Source: Gemmatimonadota bacterium
GTDB taxonomy: Bacteria; Latescibacterota; UBA2968; UBA8231
Assembly (NCBI GenBank): GCA_038153405.1
Contig: JAYOYH010000020.1
Span: forward strand, 15,469-79,468
Reading direction: 5' to 3'
Length of the DNA stretch: 64,000 nucleotides
Part shown: piece by piece, positions 38,799 to 49,457 of the stretch
How positions within the stretch are numbered: the stretch's first letter is position 1
Layout of the letters: the number at the start of each line of letters is the position of its first letter
Notes under the pieces: model-generated
The model's database searches: none
The model's input: only the letters and a program-made list of their open reading frames with translations
What the model was told of the DNA's origin: nothing
Made by a program: the position numbers and the translations under genes

Positions 38799-41666
38799 CT
38801 AGGTATATGCCTCTAACGGTGAGCAGGAGCAGATCAGCGTGCGATCGCCCTGCGCATTGTCTAAGCGTCCGACACTGGGCCAAAACTTACCCTCAATTTG
38901 CCAGGGAGCGGGCGTGGCAGCCATCGAACGCGAATAGGGGTGATCCCATGGTTCGCCCACGATCATGGCCAGCGTATGCGGTGCATTTTTTAACGGGTTA
39001 TCTACGCGGTCGGAGCTACCATCTATAATCGCATCAATTTCACTGCGTATCGATATCATCGCCTGGCAAAACCGCTCCAATTCACCCAAGTCTTCGCTCT
39101 CTGTAGGCTCGACCATCATCGTATCGGCGACCGGGAAGGAGGCCGTGGGCGCATGAAAGCCGTAGTCCATGAGGCGCTTGGCGACATCTTCGACCGTAAT
39201 GCCGGCCTCGCGCTTGCACCAGCGCAGGTCGAGAATGCACTCATGGGCAATCCACCCCGTCTCTCCCTTATAAAGAATGGGAAAATACGGATCCAGGCGG
39301 CGAGCTACGAAATTGGCATTGAGAATGGCCACTTGCGTAGCTTCGGCCAGATGCTCTCCCATCAATTTCAGGTAAGCCCAAGATATGAGCAAGATCAGCG
39401 CACTGCTCCAGGGCGCGGCGGCAATCGGACCAATCGCCTTTTCCCCACCCACGTCGACGACGGGGTGTCCCGGCAAGAAGGGAGCCAGTTCGGCGCGCAC
39501 GGCAATCGGCCCCATGCCCGGCCCGCCACCGCCGTGGGGTATGCAAAAGGTCTTGTGCAGGTTGAGGTGGCAGACGTCCATGCCGATATCGGCCGGGCGA
39601 CAGAGCCCGACCAGCGCATTCATATTGGCGCCATCCATATAGACCATACCACCGTGCGCATGTATGATATCGCAGATGGTGCCGATCTGGCGCTCAAAGA
39701 CGCCGTGCGTAGAGGGATACGTCACCATGAGGGCAGAAAGCGAATCTCCATATTGCTGTGCTTTGGCCTTTAGATCTTCGACGTCGATATTGCCCCACTC
39801 ATCGCAGGCCACCACCACGACCTGCATGCCCGCCATCACTGCACTGGCCGGGTTGGTTCCGTGCGCAGAGGCGGGTATAAGACAGACGGCGCGGCGACCT
39901 TCTCCCCGCTCGGCATGGTAGCGCTGTATAACGCGCAGCCCTGCATATTCTCCCTGTGATCCGGCATTGGGCTGCAGTGAAACGGCGGCAAATCCGGTGA
40001 TTTCTCTGAGCATGTGCTCGAGTTCATCGAATATCGCCCGGTAACCAAGCGCTTGATCAAGCGGCGCAAATGGGTGCAGCGAAGCAAAACTGGGCCAGGT
40101 GATGGGCATCATCTCCACACTCGCATTGAGCTTCATCGTGCACGAACCCAGCGGAATCATCGAATGGGTGAGGGAAAGGTCGCGCGCCTGCAGCCGGTGG
40201 ATATAGCGCAGCATTTGCGTTTCCGAACGGTGTGCTGAAAAAACCGAATGCTGCATATAGGGCGATGTGCGCTGACTGGGGACGGGAATCCCACCGGCCC
40301 AGGCATCCGCGGCGAACGCTTCAACCTGGAAGGACTTCGCCGTCAGCACATAGGCTATTTTTTGCAGATCGGCGACGCCCGTCGTCTCGTCGATCGCGAT
40401 CCCCCAGTCGCCGTCCTCGTAAGCGCGCAGGTTGATGGACGCCTCCGCTGAGCGGGCAGCTACCGCTGTCCCCTCTTCTTTAGCCAACGCTACGCGCAGC
40501 GTATCAAAAAACGCGGCGTGGCGAATGCTGAGGCCAGCGCGAGCCAGCACCGCAGCCAGAGCCCGCGCCTTGGCGTGCACCTCTTCGGCGATGCGCTGTA
40601 ACCCATCGGCGCCGTGATACACGGCAAACATGCTGACCACCACTGCCGGAAGAACCTGTGCTGTACAGATATTGCTCGTTGCGCGTTCGCGCTTGATGTG
40701 CTGCTCGCGCGTCTGCAGAGCCATGCGCAGAGCCACGCGCCCATGAACGTCGCGCGAAACGCCGATCACCCGACCGGGCAACTGCCGTTTGTATTCGGCG
40801 CGGGTGGCAAAGAAAGCGGCGTGCGGACCGCCATACCCCATGGGCATGCCCAAGCGCTGGCTATTGCCCACCACGGCGTCGGCTCCCATTTCACCCGGGG
40901 GACGCAGCAGACAGAGTGCGAGGGGATCACAGGCAAAAGCGACGAGAAGCCCGCCCTCGTGCGCCTCCTCGACAAAGGAAGAGTAGTCGATGATTCGGCC
41001 ATCGCTAGTGGGATACTGCACCAGACAGCCAAAGTAGCCGGCGCTGAAATCGCATTCTTCGCATGGACCAATATCGCAGTGCCAACCGCGCCCTTCCGCT
41101 CGGGCTGCTACGACGGCGATGGTCTGTGGATGACAGCGCTCATCAATAAAAAAACGCGTGGAAGCCTTTTTTCCCTGTACGGCAAAAAACATGGCCATGG
41201 CCTCTGCCGCGGCCGTCCCTTCGTCGAGCAACGAAGCATTGCTCAACTCCATACCCGATAGGTCGCATACCATAGTTTGGAAATTGAGCAGGGCCTCTAG
41301 ACGGCCTTGGGCAATTTCCGACTGGTATGGCGTATACTGGGTGTACCAGCCGGGATTTTCAAGAATATTGCGCTGGATTACCGGCGGCGTAAAGCAGTCC
41401 GCATACCCCATGCCAATAAAGGAGCGGTAGCTTCCGTTTTGCTCGGCGAGCACTCGCATCCGCGCCAAGAGGTCGCTTTCTCCTAGCGCCTCTCCCCAAT
41501 CCATTGTTCCGCGATAGCGAATATCCTCGGGAACCGCCGCATCGACGAGTTCTGCAAGCGACTCGACTTCAATCGCCCCGAGCATTTTTTCTATCTCGTC
41601 GGCACTAGGCCCTATATGGCGTCTATAAAACGCACTACTCCCCTGTCGACCGAACTGCATCTGCAA
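38799..41666 (-). CDS. gcvP: Glycine dehydrogenase (P protein)
   Basis: YTPYQSEIAQGRLE, ATSNICTAQ, HLNLHKTF, GGGGPG. Confidence 0.98.
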   Translation of the reverse strand: MQMQFGRQGSSAFYRRHIGPSADEIEKMLGAIEVESLAELVDAAVPEDIRYRGTMDWGEALGESDLLARMRVLAEQNGSYRSFIGMGYADCFTPPVIQRNILENPGWYTQYTPYQSEIAQGRLEALLNFQTMVCDLSGMELSNASLLDEGTAAAEAMAMFFAVQGKKASTRFFIDERCHPQTIAVVAARAEGRGWHCDIGPCEECDFSAGYFGCLVQYPTSDGRIIDYSSFVEEAHEGGLLVAFACDPLALCLLRPPGEMGADAVVGNSQRLGMPMGYGGPHAAFFATRAEYKRQLPGRVIGVSRDVHGRVALRMALQTREQHIKRERATSNICTAQVLPAVVVSMFAVYHGADGLQRIAEEVHAKARALAAVLARAGLSIRHAAFFDTLRVALAKEEGTAVAARSAEASINLRAYEDGDWGIAIDETTGVADLQKIAYVLTAKSFQVEAFAADAWAGGIPVPSQRTSPYMQHSVFSAHRSETQMLRYIHRLQARDLSLTHSMIPLGSCTMKLNASVEMMPITWPSFASLHPFAPLDQALGYRAIFDELEHMLREITGFAAVSLQPNAGSQGEYAGLRVIQRYHAERGEGRRAVCLIPASAHGTNPASAVMAGMQVVVVACDEWGNIDVEDLKAKAQQYGDSLSALMVTYPSTHGVFERQIGTICDIIHAHGGMVYMDGANMNALVGLCRPADIGMDVCHLNLHKTFCIPHGGGGPGMGPIAVRAELAPFLPGHPVVDVGGEKAIGPIAAAPWSSALILLISWAYLKLMGEHLAEATQVAILNANFVARRLDPYFPILYKGETGWIAHECILDLRWCKREAGITVEDVAKRLMDYGFHAPTASFPVADTMMVEPTESEDLGELERFCQAMISIRSEIDAIIDGSSDRVDNPLKNAPHTLAMIVGEPWDHPYSRSMAATPAPWQIEGKFWPSVGRLDNAQGDRTLICSCSPLEAYT

Positions 41667-41676
41667 CCTACTCTCG

Positions 41677-42789
41677 CTAGGGTGCTCGCTTTACCTTCGA
41701 TTTAACAAACGGCAGGCGCACGACTTGGGCAGCGAGCGTTCGACCCCGCACAGAAAGGTAGACTGCGCTGCCGATGTGCGCCCATTCCCGCTGCAAAAAG
41801 GCCAGACCGATACCCCGCTTGAGCGATGGCGATTGCGTGCCGCTGCTGACGATACCAATCGATTGGCCACTGGCATCCTCGACCATATATCCCGTTCTGG
41901 GTATGCCCTTGTCAATCATTTTAATTCCGCGCAGCAGGCGATGCGAACCCTCTTTCTTAGCGGCGCTAAGCGCCTCTCTGCCGAGGAAGTGGGCGGGTTT
42001 GTTCCAGTCTATAGTCCAGCCAATGCCGGCTTCAAGCGGCGTTATATCCTCCGTCAACTCGTGGCCATATAGCGGGAAACCCATTTCCGTGCGCAGCGTA
42101 TCTCTCGCTCCTAAGCCACAGGGCACAGCTCCGGCCGAAGCCAGTGCATCCCACACCGCTGCGGCCCATTGGGCATCGCACATAATTTCAAAGCCATCTT
42201 CCCCCGTATACCCACAGCGACTCAGCACGATGGGACACCCATTCATTGCCGTATTGCAAAAGCGGTAATAGGCCAAATCGGTCAAAAGACCGGGTTCGAT
42301 CATTGCAGAAAGGATGCCTTCTGCGGCGGGCCCCTGCAGCGCGATCATCGCCGTTTGAGCGCTTTCATCTTGCAGGTCTACGCCGTCAACCATCTGCCCC
42401 CGCTGGACAATCCAACGCCAGTCGGCCTGCGCACGGCCGGCATTGACGACAAGCAAAAAGGCTTCGGCAGAAGAGCGATAGACAATTAAATCATCAATGC
42501 ACCCACCCTTCTCATTACACATTGGCGCATAGAGCATCTGTCCATCGCCCAAGCACCGCACGCTGGCGGGCAAAAGGTCGTCGAGAAAAGCAAGGGCTGC
42601 CTCACCGCGAACGGCAAACTGGCCCATATGCGACACGTCGAACAGACCGGCACCTGTTCGCACGGCCAGGTGCTCCTCAGTGATACCTCGATAGTCGACG
42701 GGCATATGCCAACCGGCAAAATCTACCAAGCGACCTCCACCGCGCTGATGCTCCGCGTGCAATGGTGTTTGACGCAGCCTAGCGCTCAT
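41677..42789 (-). CDS. gcvT: Glycine cleavage aminomethyltransferase (T protein)
   Basis: [37 protein letters not shown] overlap with coaE. Confidence 0.96.
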   Translation of the reverse strand: MSARLRQTPLHAEHQRGGGRLVDFAGWHMPVDYRGITEEHLAVRTGAGLFDVSHMGQFAVRGEAALAFLDDLLPASVRCLGDGQMLYAPMCNEKGGCIDDLIVYRSSAEAFLLVVNAGRAQADWRWIVQRGQMVDGVDLQDESAQTAMIALQGPAAEGILSAMIEPGLLTDLAYYRFCNTAMNGCPIVLSRCGYTGEDGFEIMCDAQWAAAVWDALASAGAVPCGLGARDTLRTEMGFPLYGHELTEDITPLEAGIGWTIDWNKPAHFLGREALSAAKKEGSHRLLRGIKMIDKGIPRTGYMVEDASGQSIGIVSSGTQSPSLKRGIGLAFLQREWAHIGSAVYLSVRGRTLAAQVVRLPFVKSKVKRAP

Positions 42790-43397
42790 CGTCCCATTTT
42801 CCATAGCCCGCTCTCCAATTTCTTCCACAGCGCCTCAGCGCGGCATTCGAGATCTTGTAGGGATCCGCTATTGTCTACGACATAATCGGCGCGGTTTTTT
42901 TTGTGGTTTGAGTCCAACTGCAAATCCATGCGCCGTTCGATTTCGTCGGGCATCAGACCGCTGCGCTGCATGATGCGGTCTATGCGCACAGCACGATCGG
43001 CATCGACGACAACGACGCAATCGACCCAACTCTCGATGCCCCACTCGTAAATCAGCGGTGCATCAAATACGACGATGGTATGTGGGGAGGTCTCCACGGC
43101 ACGATCCAACTCGGCGCGCAGCGCACGTTCGAGTTCGGGTCGTATAATGGCGTACAGTCGCTGCACACTAGCGCGATTGACCAGCGCCTTCCGCCCCAGA
43201 AGACGGCGATCCAACTGCCCGTTGGCATTCACTATTTCAGCGCCAAACGCGCCAACCAGAGCCTGGCGACCGACGCCTTCGCCGAGCAGGCGATGCGCAA
43301 TGGCATCGGCATCGACAACGCGTGCACCGCGCTTGCTCAAATACCGACTAAGCTCTGTTTTTCCGGATCCGATGCCACCGGTTACCCCCACTATCAT
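42786..43397 (-). CDS. coaE: Dephospho-CoA kinase
   Basis: GVTGGIGSGKT, DAD, DAPL. Confidence 0.95.
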   Translation of the reverse strand: MIVGVTGGIGSGKTELSRYLSKRGARVVDADAIAHRLLGEGVGRQALVGAFGAEIVNANGQLDRRLLGRKALVNRASVQRLYAIIRPELERALRAELDRAVETSPHTIVVFDAPLIYEWGIESWVDCVVVVDADRAVRIDRIMQRSGLMPDEIERRMDLQLDSNHKKNRADYVVDNSGSLQDLECRAEALWKKLESGLWKMGR

Positions 43398-43471
43398 GGG
43401 GTTTATGTACGAGGCTTCGGCGCCGGCGTTCGTGTAGAACGCGGCAATGTAGTCTGCTTTCTGTCAGCGCG

Positions 43472-44326
43472 TTACTTACCCTTTAGCAATCTGAAAAAAT
43501 CGCCATCGGCAGGCAGCACGATATGCGTTTTTTCTCCAAGCGCCTTTTCGTAGGCTTCAAGGGTGCGAGAAAATTCGTAAAACGCGGTAGCACCCGTATA
43601 GGCCTCAGCGTAGATCTGCAGCGCTTCGGCATCGCCGGCACCGCGTATGCGCTGCGCTTCCTCTTCGGCCTCAGCGCGGATTTGGGAGGCGCTCAGATCG
43701 GTTTCAGCGCGGATCGTCAACGCCTGCTCTTCGCCCTCTGAGCGATAGGTCTTGGCTTCGCGCGCACGCTCAGCGCGCATGCGATTGAAAACCGCCGATT
43801 CATTTTCGGGCGGCAAATCTGCCCGTTTAATGCGCACGTCGACCACTTCAATACCGTAACTGCGCGCTGCTTCGTCCGAACGCTCGGTAACTAAATGCAT
43901 CAGCGCCTCGCGATTTTCCGATACGATTTCCGAAAGCGTATGCTGACCTAACTCCTTGCGCACCTCAGAGTAGATAATGTCATCGAGACGGGCCAAGCCT
44001 TGTTCTTTTGTACGCAGCGCACGCATGAATATCAGCGGATCGATAATGCGCCAACGCGCGTAATTGTCGAGCATGAGGATTTTCTTGTCGCGCGTGTAAA
44101 TCGGCTCCGGCGTCGAGTCATAGTCCAACAGCCAGCGCTCAAAGCGAGTGGTTTTTTGGATCGGATCGGGCATTTTGAAATAGAGCCCAGGCTCTCTTAT
44201 CACTCGCACCGGTTCACCAAATTGCGTGACGACGACCTGCTCTACTTCGTTCACGGTAAAAAGGACCAGATTAGCAACAAATAGGGCCGCAACAAACGCG
44301 ATAATGCCAACCATGGGCGCTTTCAT
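43472..44326 (-). CDS. hflC: FtsH modulator HflC
   Basis: QFGEP, PGLYFK, DVRIKRADLP, RMRAER. Confidence 0.95.
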   Translation of the reverse strand: MKAPMVGIIAFVAALFVANLVLFTVNEVEQVVVTQFGEPVRVIREPGLYFKMPDPIQKTTRFERWLLDYDSTPEPIYTRDKKILMLDNYARWRIIDPLIFMRALRTKEQGLARLDDIIYSEVRKELGQHTLSEIVSENREALMHLVTERSDEAARSYGIEVVDVRIKRADLPPENESAVFNRMRAERAREAKTYRSEGEEQALTIRAETDLSASQIRAEAEEEAQRIRGAGDAEALQIYAEAYTGATAFYEFSRTLEAYEKALGEKTHIVLPADGDFFRLLKGK

Positions 44327-45321
44327 TTAGCTCCCTCCTTACCGCCTAAATTGAGCACGTTAATCAGGCCTCCCCTACCGTCATTTTCCACTATATATTT
44401 CTCCATTTGCGGTAATATGCGCTCCATCGTTTCCAAATAGAGGCGCGTCTCCGTTACCTTGGGTGCCTTGCGGTACTCGGTATAAACTTGCTTAAAGCGG
44501 TCGGCATCGCCCTGGGCACTGCGAACGCGTTCCACTTGGTAGGCGTCGGCTGCGCGCAGAATGCGCTGCGCCTCGCCACGCGCCTGTGGAATCACTTCGT
44601 TTTGGTAGCCGCGCGCTTCGTTGACAAGGCGTTCGCGGTCCTCTTTGGCGCTAGCTACGTCCTTGAACGCAGCATCGACCTGTTCAGGAGCGCTCACCGT
44701 TTGCAATTGCACCGTCTCTACCGCCAAGCCGCAGTCGTAAATATCGAAGATTTCCTGCAGCTTATCCTTTATTTCTATTTGAATTTCGAGCTTTCCCTCG
44801 GTCAGGGCTTCGTCAATGGTGTGACGCCCTATGACCTGGCGCAGGGCCGCTTCTGACGCATCGTGCACCAGTCCAAAGCTGCCGCGTTCAAAAACGCCCA
44901 AGCCCTCGGCGGAAAAGAGCGTTTTCTCGACGTTGGTTACGCGATACTGCACGACCATTTCCACGTCAATTATATTTTCGTCGCCGGTCAGCATCAGCGA
45001 CTCTTTTGCCCGCTTGCTGTAGCGGGCCGGAGGACCCGGGTCGACTGTGCGAAAGCCAATTTCGTCGCGGTAAACCTGTGTAACCGAACGCACCAACGGC
45101 ACTTCCATCGGCGAAGGCAGGTGGTAGTGCAGTCCAGGATCCACGATGGAATGCACTTTGCCAAAGCGTAGAACAACCGCTTGCTCATCGGGCTCTACCG
45201 TATAGACTCCGCTCAATCCCCACAGCACGATGAGCACCCCGATAATGGAGTAGACCGTACGAGGGGTGAAGTTGATGGGCGGGGTACCAGAGCGCTTAGG
45301 GAATTCAAATTGTTGAGACAT
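44323..45321 (-). CDS. hflK: FtsH modulator HflK
   Basis: VVLRFGK, MLTGDENI, RLYLETME. Confidence 0.95.
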   Translation of the reverse strand: MSQQFEFPKRSGTPPINFTPRTVYSIIGVLIVLWGLSGVYTVEPDEQAVVLRFGKVHSIVDPGLHYHLPSPMEVPLVRSVTQVYRDEIGFRTVDPGPPARYSKRAKESLMLTGDENIIDVEMVVQYRVTNVEKTLFSAEGLGVFERGSFGLVHDASEAALRQVIGRHTIDEALTEGKLEIQIEIKDKLQEIFDIYDCGLAVETVQLQTVSAPEQVDAAFKDVASAKEDRERLVNEARGYQNEVIPQARGEAQRILRAADAYQVERVRSAQGDADRFKQVYTEYRKAPKVTETRLYLETMERILPQMEKYIVENDGRGGLINVLNLGGKEGAK

Positions 45322-45365
45322 AGGTGACCTTGTGTAAAAGTGAACGACTGTCGGCGCTTAGGCAG

Positions 45366-45394
45366 AATGTATTGTTTGCTGAAGGGAGTGTCAA
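45366..45394 (-). promoter_or_regulatory. Sigma-70 promoter for hflKC
   Basis: TTGACA-17 bp-TACATT on the minus strand. Confidence 0.65.
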
Positions 45395-45416
45395 CGAAAA
45401 CAGGTTGGCCGTTCTA

Positions 45417-45445
45417 TTGACAGCAATGGGCTTTTCCGGTACTCT
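45417..45445 (+). promoter_or_regulatory. Sigma-70 promoter for clpP
   Basis: TTGACA-17 bp-TACTCT. Confidence 0.65.
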
Positions 45446-45484
45446 CTACGGGCAAAAAAAATTCCTATAATGAGGACCCCGGTA

Positions 45485-46093
45485 ATGGCCATTGTTCCCG
45501 TAGTAATAGAGCAAACGGGGCGCGGCGAACGCGCCTACGACATCTTTTCCCGCTTGCTAAAAGAGCGCATCATTTTCATCGGTACGCCCATCGACGATAG
45601 CGAAGCCAACCTCATCATTGCGCAGCTCCTCTTCCTGGCATCGGAAGACCCCAAAAAGGACATTTCGCTCTACATTAACAGCCCGGGGGGCAGCTTGACT
45701 GCTGGGCTGGCCATCTACGATACCATGCAGCACGTGCCCTGCGACGTGGCCACCCTGTGCATCGGTCAGGCCTACAGCATGAGTGCGATCTTGCTTTCTG
45801 GGGGCACCAAGGGCAAACGGCACGCGCTGCCCCATGCCCGCCTCATGCTTCACCAGCCTTGGGGCGGTGTGGGTGGACAGGCTTCAGATATTGAAATCCA
45901 TGCGCGCGAAATCATGAACTGGCGCACTCGGCTCAACGAAATTATTGTCGCCGACACCGGCCAACCCCTCGAGCGGATCGAAATGGTGACGGAGAGAGAT
46001 TACTTTCTATCGGCCGAGGAAGGCATCGAATTCGGCCTTATCGATGCCCTGTTGACCAGCGCGACCGAAGTGGAAAAGGAAGTCCGCTCTTAG
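45485..46093 (+). CDS. clpP: ATP-dependent Clp protease proteolytic subunit
   Basis: [23 protein letters not shown] (Ser), HQP (His), ERD (Asp). Confidence 0.96.
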   Translation: MAIVPVVIEQTGRGERAYDIFSRLLKERIIFIGTPIDDSEANLIIAQLLFLASEDPKKDISLYINSPGGSLTAGLAIYDTMQHVPCDVATLCIGQAYSMSAILLSGGTKGKRHALPHARLMLHQPWGGVGGQASDIEIHAREIMNWRTRLNEIIVADTGQPLERIEMVTERDYFLSAEEGIEFGLIDALLTSATEVEKEVRS

Positions 46094-47373
46094 CCCTGCA
46101 TGGGAAAGGCGATGACTTGGTCAATGTGCTGGGCGTTCGTTACCAACATGACCAAGCGATCTACTCCGAGGGCCATCCCACCCGCTGGCGGTAGCGCGCA
46201 TTCCAATGCCGCCAAAAATTCTTCATCAATCGGCTCATTGGGGCGCGCGCTGCGCGCTTCAACAAAGCGCTTTCGCTGCTCGATCGGATCGTTTAACTCG
46301 CTGTAGCCGTTGGCCAGCTCTATCCCTCCGATATACAGTTCTGCGCGCTCCACCCACGCCGAGTTGTTGCCCTTTGGGTTGGCCATTGCCCCGAGTTGCG
46401 CTGGATAGTCGACGAGAAAAGCCGCGCCCATTCGGGCCATCTCGGGTTCGATTTTTTCGATTAATACTTTGTGGAATAGATCGTCCCACGAATCATCGGG
46501 TTGCGCACTGCCATACCCCAAACGCCGCATTTCCGCGAAAAGGCTTTCGGCATCGCCATAGCGAGCCAGGTCTATGTGCCCCCAGCGCAAAAAGGCTTCC
46601 CCAACGCTAATGCGCGGCCAAGGAACCGCCTCGGCCAGAACGCCCCACTGTTTGGACTGTGCGGATGCCTGCAGCAGCACCTCAATGACCAACTCCTCTG
46701 TCTGTTGCATGAGGTCCTCGTAGCTAGCATAGGCTCGATACCACTCGAGCATGGTAAATTCTGGGTTGTGCAGCGGAGAGATTTCGCCGTTGCGAAAACA
46801 GCGGCCGAGCTGGTAAATGCGCTCCATGCCGGCTGCAAGCAGTCTCTTCATATGCAGTTCCGGCGAGGGAGCCATAAAGAGCGTCTTTGTTTTTTCACCG
46901 GCGATATAGTGAGTTTCAAACTGATCGATATGAATTTCACAACCGCGAAAGGACAGGAGCTGCGGCGTCTCGACTTCGGTATAGCAGCGCAGTTCAAAGT
47001 GCGAGCGAATAAGCGACAGCACGTGCGCCCGTGCGCGCATATTGTCCAATATCGCCCGGTCGCTCTCATTAAACCGCTCCCAATCTCCCCCGCTAAGCGG
47101 GCGCAGTGCGGGGGCCAGCACGCGCAGTTCCCAAGCACTTAACCGGCCATCGGACGCAACTGCGCCCCGCACTTCAACCAGATCGCCAATGGCCCACTCG
47201 ACTTCTAACGGACTCGTAAACCGCACCCGTCCGGTTGCGTCACCCAGGACACCTTGCCGACCGTCGCCGGCAATCACGCGACCGCGCACCAATACCTCAC
47301 AGTTTCGATCCAACGAGCCCATTGCCTGGTGTTCCCCTGGACAGCGGCTGGGATATCGGTCCCTTCTTGACAT
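46090..47373 (-). CDS. epmA: EF-P lysine aminoacylase with an N-terminal OB-like extension
   Basis: [41 protein letters not shown]. Confidence 0.88.
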   Translation of the reverse strand: MSRRDRYPSRCPGEHQAMGSLDRNCEVLVRGRVIAGDGRQGVLGDATGRVRFTSPLEVEWAIGDLVEVRGAVASDGRLSAWELRVLAPALRPLSGGDWERFNESDRAILDNMRARAHVLSLIRSHFELRCYTEVETPQLLSFRGCEIHIDQFETHYIAGEKTKTLFMAPSPELHMKRLLAAGMERIYQLGRCFRNGEISPLHNPEFTMLEWYRAYASYEDLMQQTEELVIEVLLQASAQSKQWGVLAEAVPWPRISVGEAFLRWGHIDLARYGDAESLFAEMRRLGYGSAQPDDSWDDLFHKVLIEKIEPEMARMGAAFLVDYPAQLGAMANPKGNNSAWVERAELYIGGIELANGYSELNDPIEQRKRFVEARSARPNEPIDEEFLAALECALPPAGGMALGVDRLVMLVTNAQHIDQVIAFPMQG

Positions 47374-47387
47374 ACTGAAACTCCTAC

Positions 47388-47426
47388 AAAAATCCCCGCA
47401 AGAAGCCGGGGCGACTTGCGGGGAAT
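47388..47426 (-). terminator. Intrinsic terminator after clpX
   Basis: TCCCCGCAAG...CTTGCGGGGA followed by TTTTT on the minus strand. Confidence 0.75.
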
Positions 47427-47450
47427 CGGATCGGATAGTGGACGTGCCGT

Positions 47451-48674
47451 TTAGGCGCGCTTGCGATTAAAAACGTAGGTGGGCGGACCTTTGCGCTCAA
47501 TAAAATCGCGCGTGATAACGCAGGCCTGCACATCGTCACGGGAGGGAAGTTCAAACATGATTTCAAACATCACGGTTTCGAGAACAGCGCGCAGCCCGCG
47601 CGCGCCCATTTCCTTCACCTGCGCCATTTCGACGACTTTAGTCAGCGCGTCGTCTTCAAAGCGCAGCTCAACGCCGTCCATTTCAAATAGCTTTTGGTAC
47701 TGTTTTATCAGCGCATTGCGGGGCCGATGCAAGATATCGAAAAGCGCTTTTTCTCCCAGTGGATGCATCGTGCTGAGCACGGGTAGGCGCCCGATCAGTT
47801 CGGGTATTAAGCCGAATTGGACCAGATCTTCGGGTTCGACATAGGCGAGCAAATTATCGTTGGCAACAGTTCGACGCTCTTCGCTTACACTGCCAAACCC
47901 CATGGCGCGATGGCCGATGCGGTGGCTGATAATCTTATCCAATCCATCAAAGGCCCCGCCGCAGATAAAGAGGATGTTGCGCGTATTAATCTGCACTAGC
48001 GGTTGTTCGGGATGTTTTCTGCCGCCCTTAGGGGGGACGCCCGAGACGGTACCCTCGAGGATTTTGAGCAACTCTTGCTGCACGCCCTCGCCCGAAACAT
48101 CGCGCGTTATGGAGGGATTACCCGATTTGCGGGCAATTTTATCGACCTCGTCAATAAAGAGGATACCGCGCTCAGCTTGGCTGACGTCGTAATCTGCCGC
48201 TTGCAGTATGCGGACCAGAATATTCTCAACATCTTCCCCAACGTAGCCGGCTTCGGTAAGAACGGTGGCATCAACTATGGCAAAGGGCACCTGTAAGACG
48301 CGAGCCAGCGTCTCGGCAAGGAGCGTTTTGCCGGTTCCAGTCGGGCCGATGAGTAGTATATTGCTCTTGGACAACTCGACATCCGAAGCGCCCGAATACA
48401 CTCTCTTGTAGTGGTTGTATACGGCGACGGAAAGCGCTTTCTTCGCGCGCTCCTGGCCGATGATATGCAGATCGAGGTGCTCTTTGATCTCGGCAGGTTT
48501 GGGCAGCGGCCCGCCGTTGACATTGGGTTCCTGATGGGACTCCTCCTGCAGGACTTCGGTGCACAGCCCCACGCACTCGTTGCAAATGTGCACAGAGGGC
48601 CCTTGTATGATCTTTTCGACCTGATCGACGTCTTTACCACAAAAGGAGCAGGTCACGCGCGGTTTTTTTAGCAT
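47451..48674 (-). CDS. clpX: ATP-dependent Clp protease ATP-binding subunit
   Basis: CSFCGK zinc finger, [31 protein letters not shown]. Confidence 0.98.
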   Translation of the reverse strand: MLKKPRVTCSFCGKDVDQVEKIIQGPSVHICNECVGLCTEVLQEESHQEPNVNGGPLPKPAEIKEHLDLHIIGQERAKKALSVAVYNHYKRVYSGASDVELSKSNILLIGPTGTGKTLLAETLARVLQVPFAIVDATVLTEAGYVGEDVENILVRILQAADYDVSQAERGILFIDEVDKIARKSGNPSITRDVSGEGVQQELLKILEGTVSGVPPKGGRKHPEQPLVQINTRNILFICGGAFDGLDKIISHRIGHRAMGFGSVSEERRTVANDNLLAYVEPEDLVQFGLIPELIGRLPVLSTMHPLGEKALFDILHRPRNALIKQYQKLFEMDGVELRFEDDALTKVVEMAQVKEMGARGLRAVLETVMFEIMFELPSRDDVQACVITRDFIERKGPPTYVFNRKRA

Positions 48675-48700
48675 GCGATTACCGGAGATCTCCTTGGGCC

Positions 48701-49378
48701 TTAGTAGACGCGCGGCTCATTGTCGTCCTCCTCCTCCTCCTCATCGACCCAATCTCCTTGGCCGCTCTCCTCGGCATATGCGCCGTCATCGGAGGCACCG
48801 TCAACGCCATCCTCAGCCTCGTCGCCTTCGTCAAATTTATCCGTCGAGCTCTCATCGATCCCTTCTTCACCGCTGCTTTCGTCTCCTCCGGCTTTCATAA
48901 CGTTTATCGCCTGAAAGCCCTTAGCCGTGCGCGTCACCATAAATTCGACCTCGTCGCCCTGCTGCAAACTGCGATCCCACGAGGAAATATCGCGCCAGTG
49001 CACGAACACATCGACCTGGCTATCGGTAGAAATAAATCCGTATCCCTTGTCGTTGTTAAACCACTTCACAGCCCCTTTGATCCAGGTATTCTCCGCCAGG
49101 CTATCCGCCTTGGACTCGGCTTGGGCGGCGCTGACCGGCGCGATGCGAGGCGCAGACTGCGTGCTGGTCACCACCGGGCGGCTTTCAAGGCGACCGTGCA
49201 ATGCCGCCAACACGGCCGTACCCCCATCGGCCGAGTCGGCCAACCATTCAAAAGCGGTCATCATTCCTATTACATACGAACTGTCCTGTCCATAGAGTTT
49301 TCGCGCGGTATTGATTCGCTCTGCAAGTTGTTCAATCAGTGAATTGTCCAGGTGTAGTGAATTGCTCAATGTGCGCAC
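48701..49378 (-). CDS. Cold-shock-domain protein with N-terminal extension and acidic tail
   Basis: [16 protein letters not shown] (RNP1), DVFVH (RNP2). Confidence 0.88.
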   Translation of the reverse strand: MRTLSNSLHLDNSLIEQLAERINTARKLYGQDSSYVIGMMTAFEWLADSADGGTAVLAALHGRLESRPVVTSTQSAPRIAPVSAAQAESKADSLAENTWIKGAVKWFNNDKGYGFISTDSQVDVFVHWRDISSWDRSLQQGDEVEFMVTRTAKGFQAINVMKAGGDESSGEEGIDESSTDKFDEGDEAEDGVDGASDDGAYAEESGQGDWVDEEEEEDDNEPRVY

Positions 49379-49457
49379 CTCCTAGCGTATCCCCATCCCG
49401 AATGTAAGGGGTAAAAATATGGTACTAAGTAGCACGTTTATAGTAATTTGTCAACTG

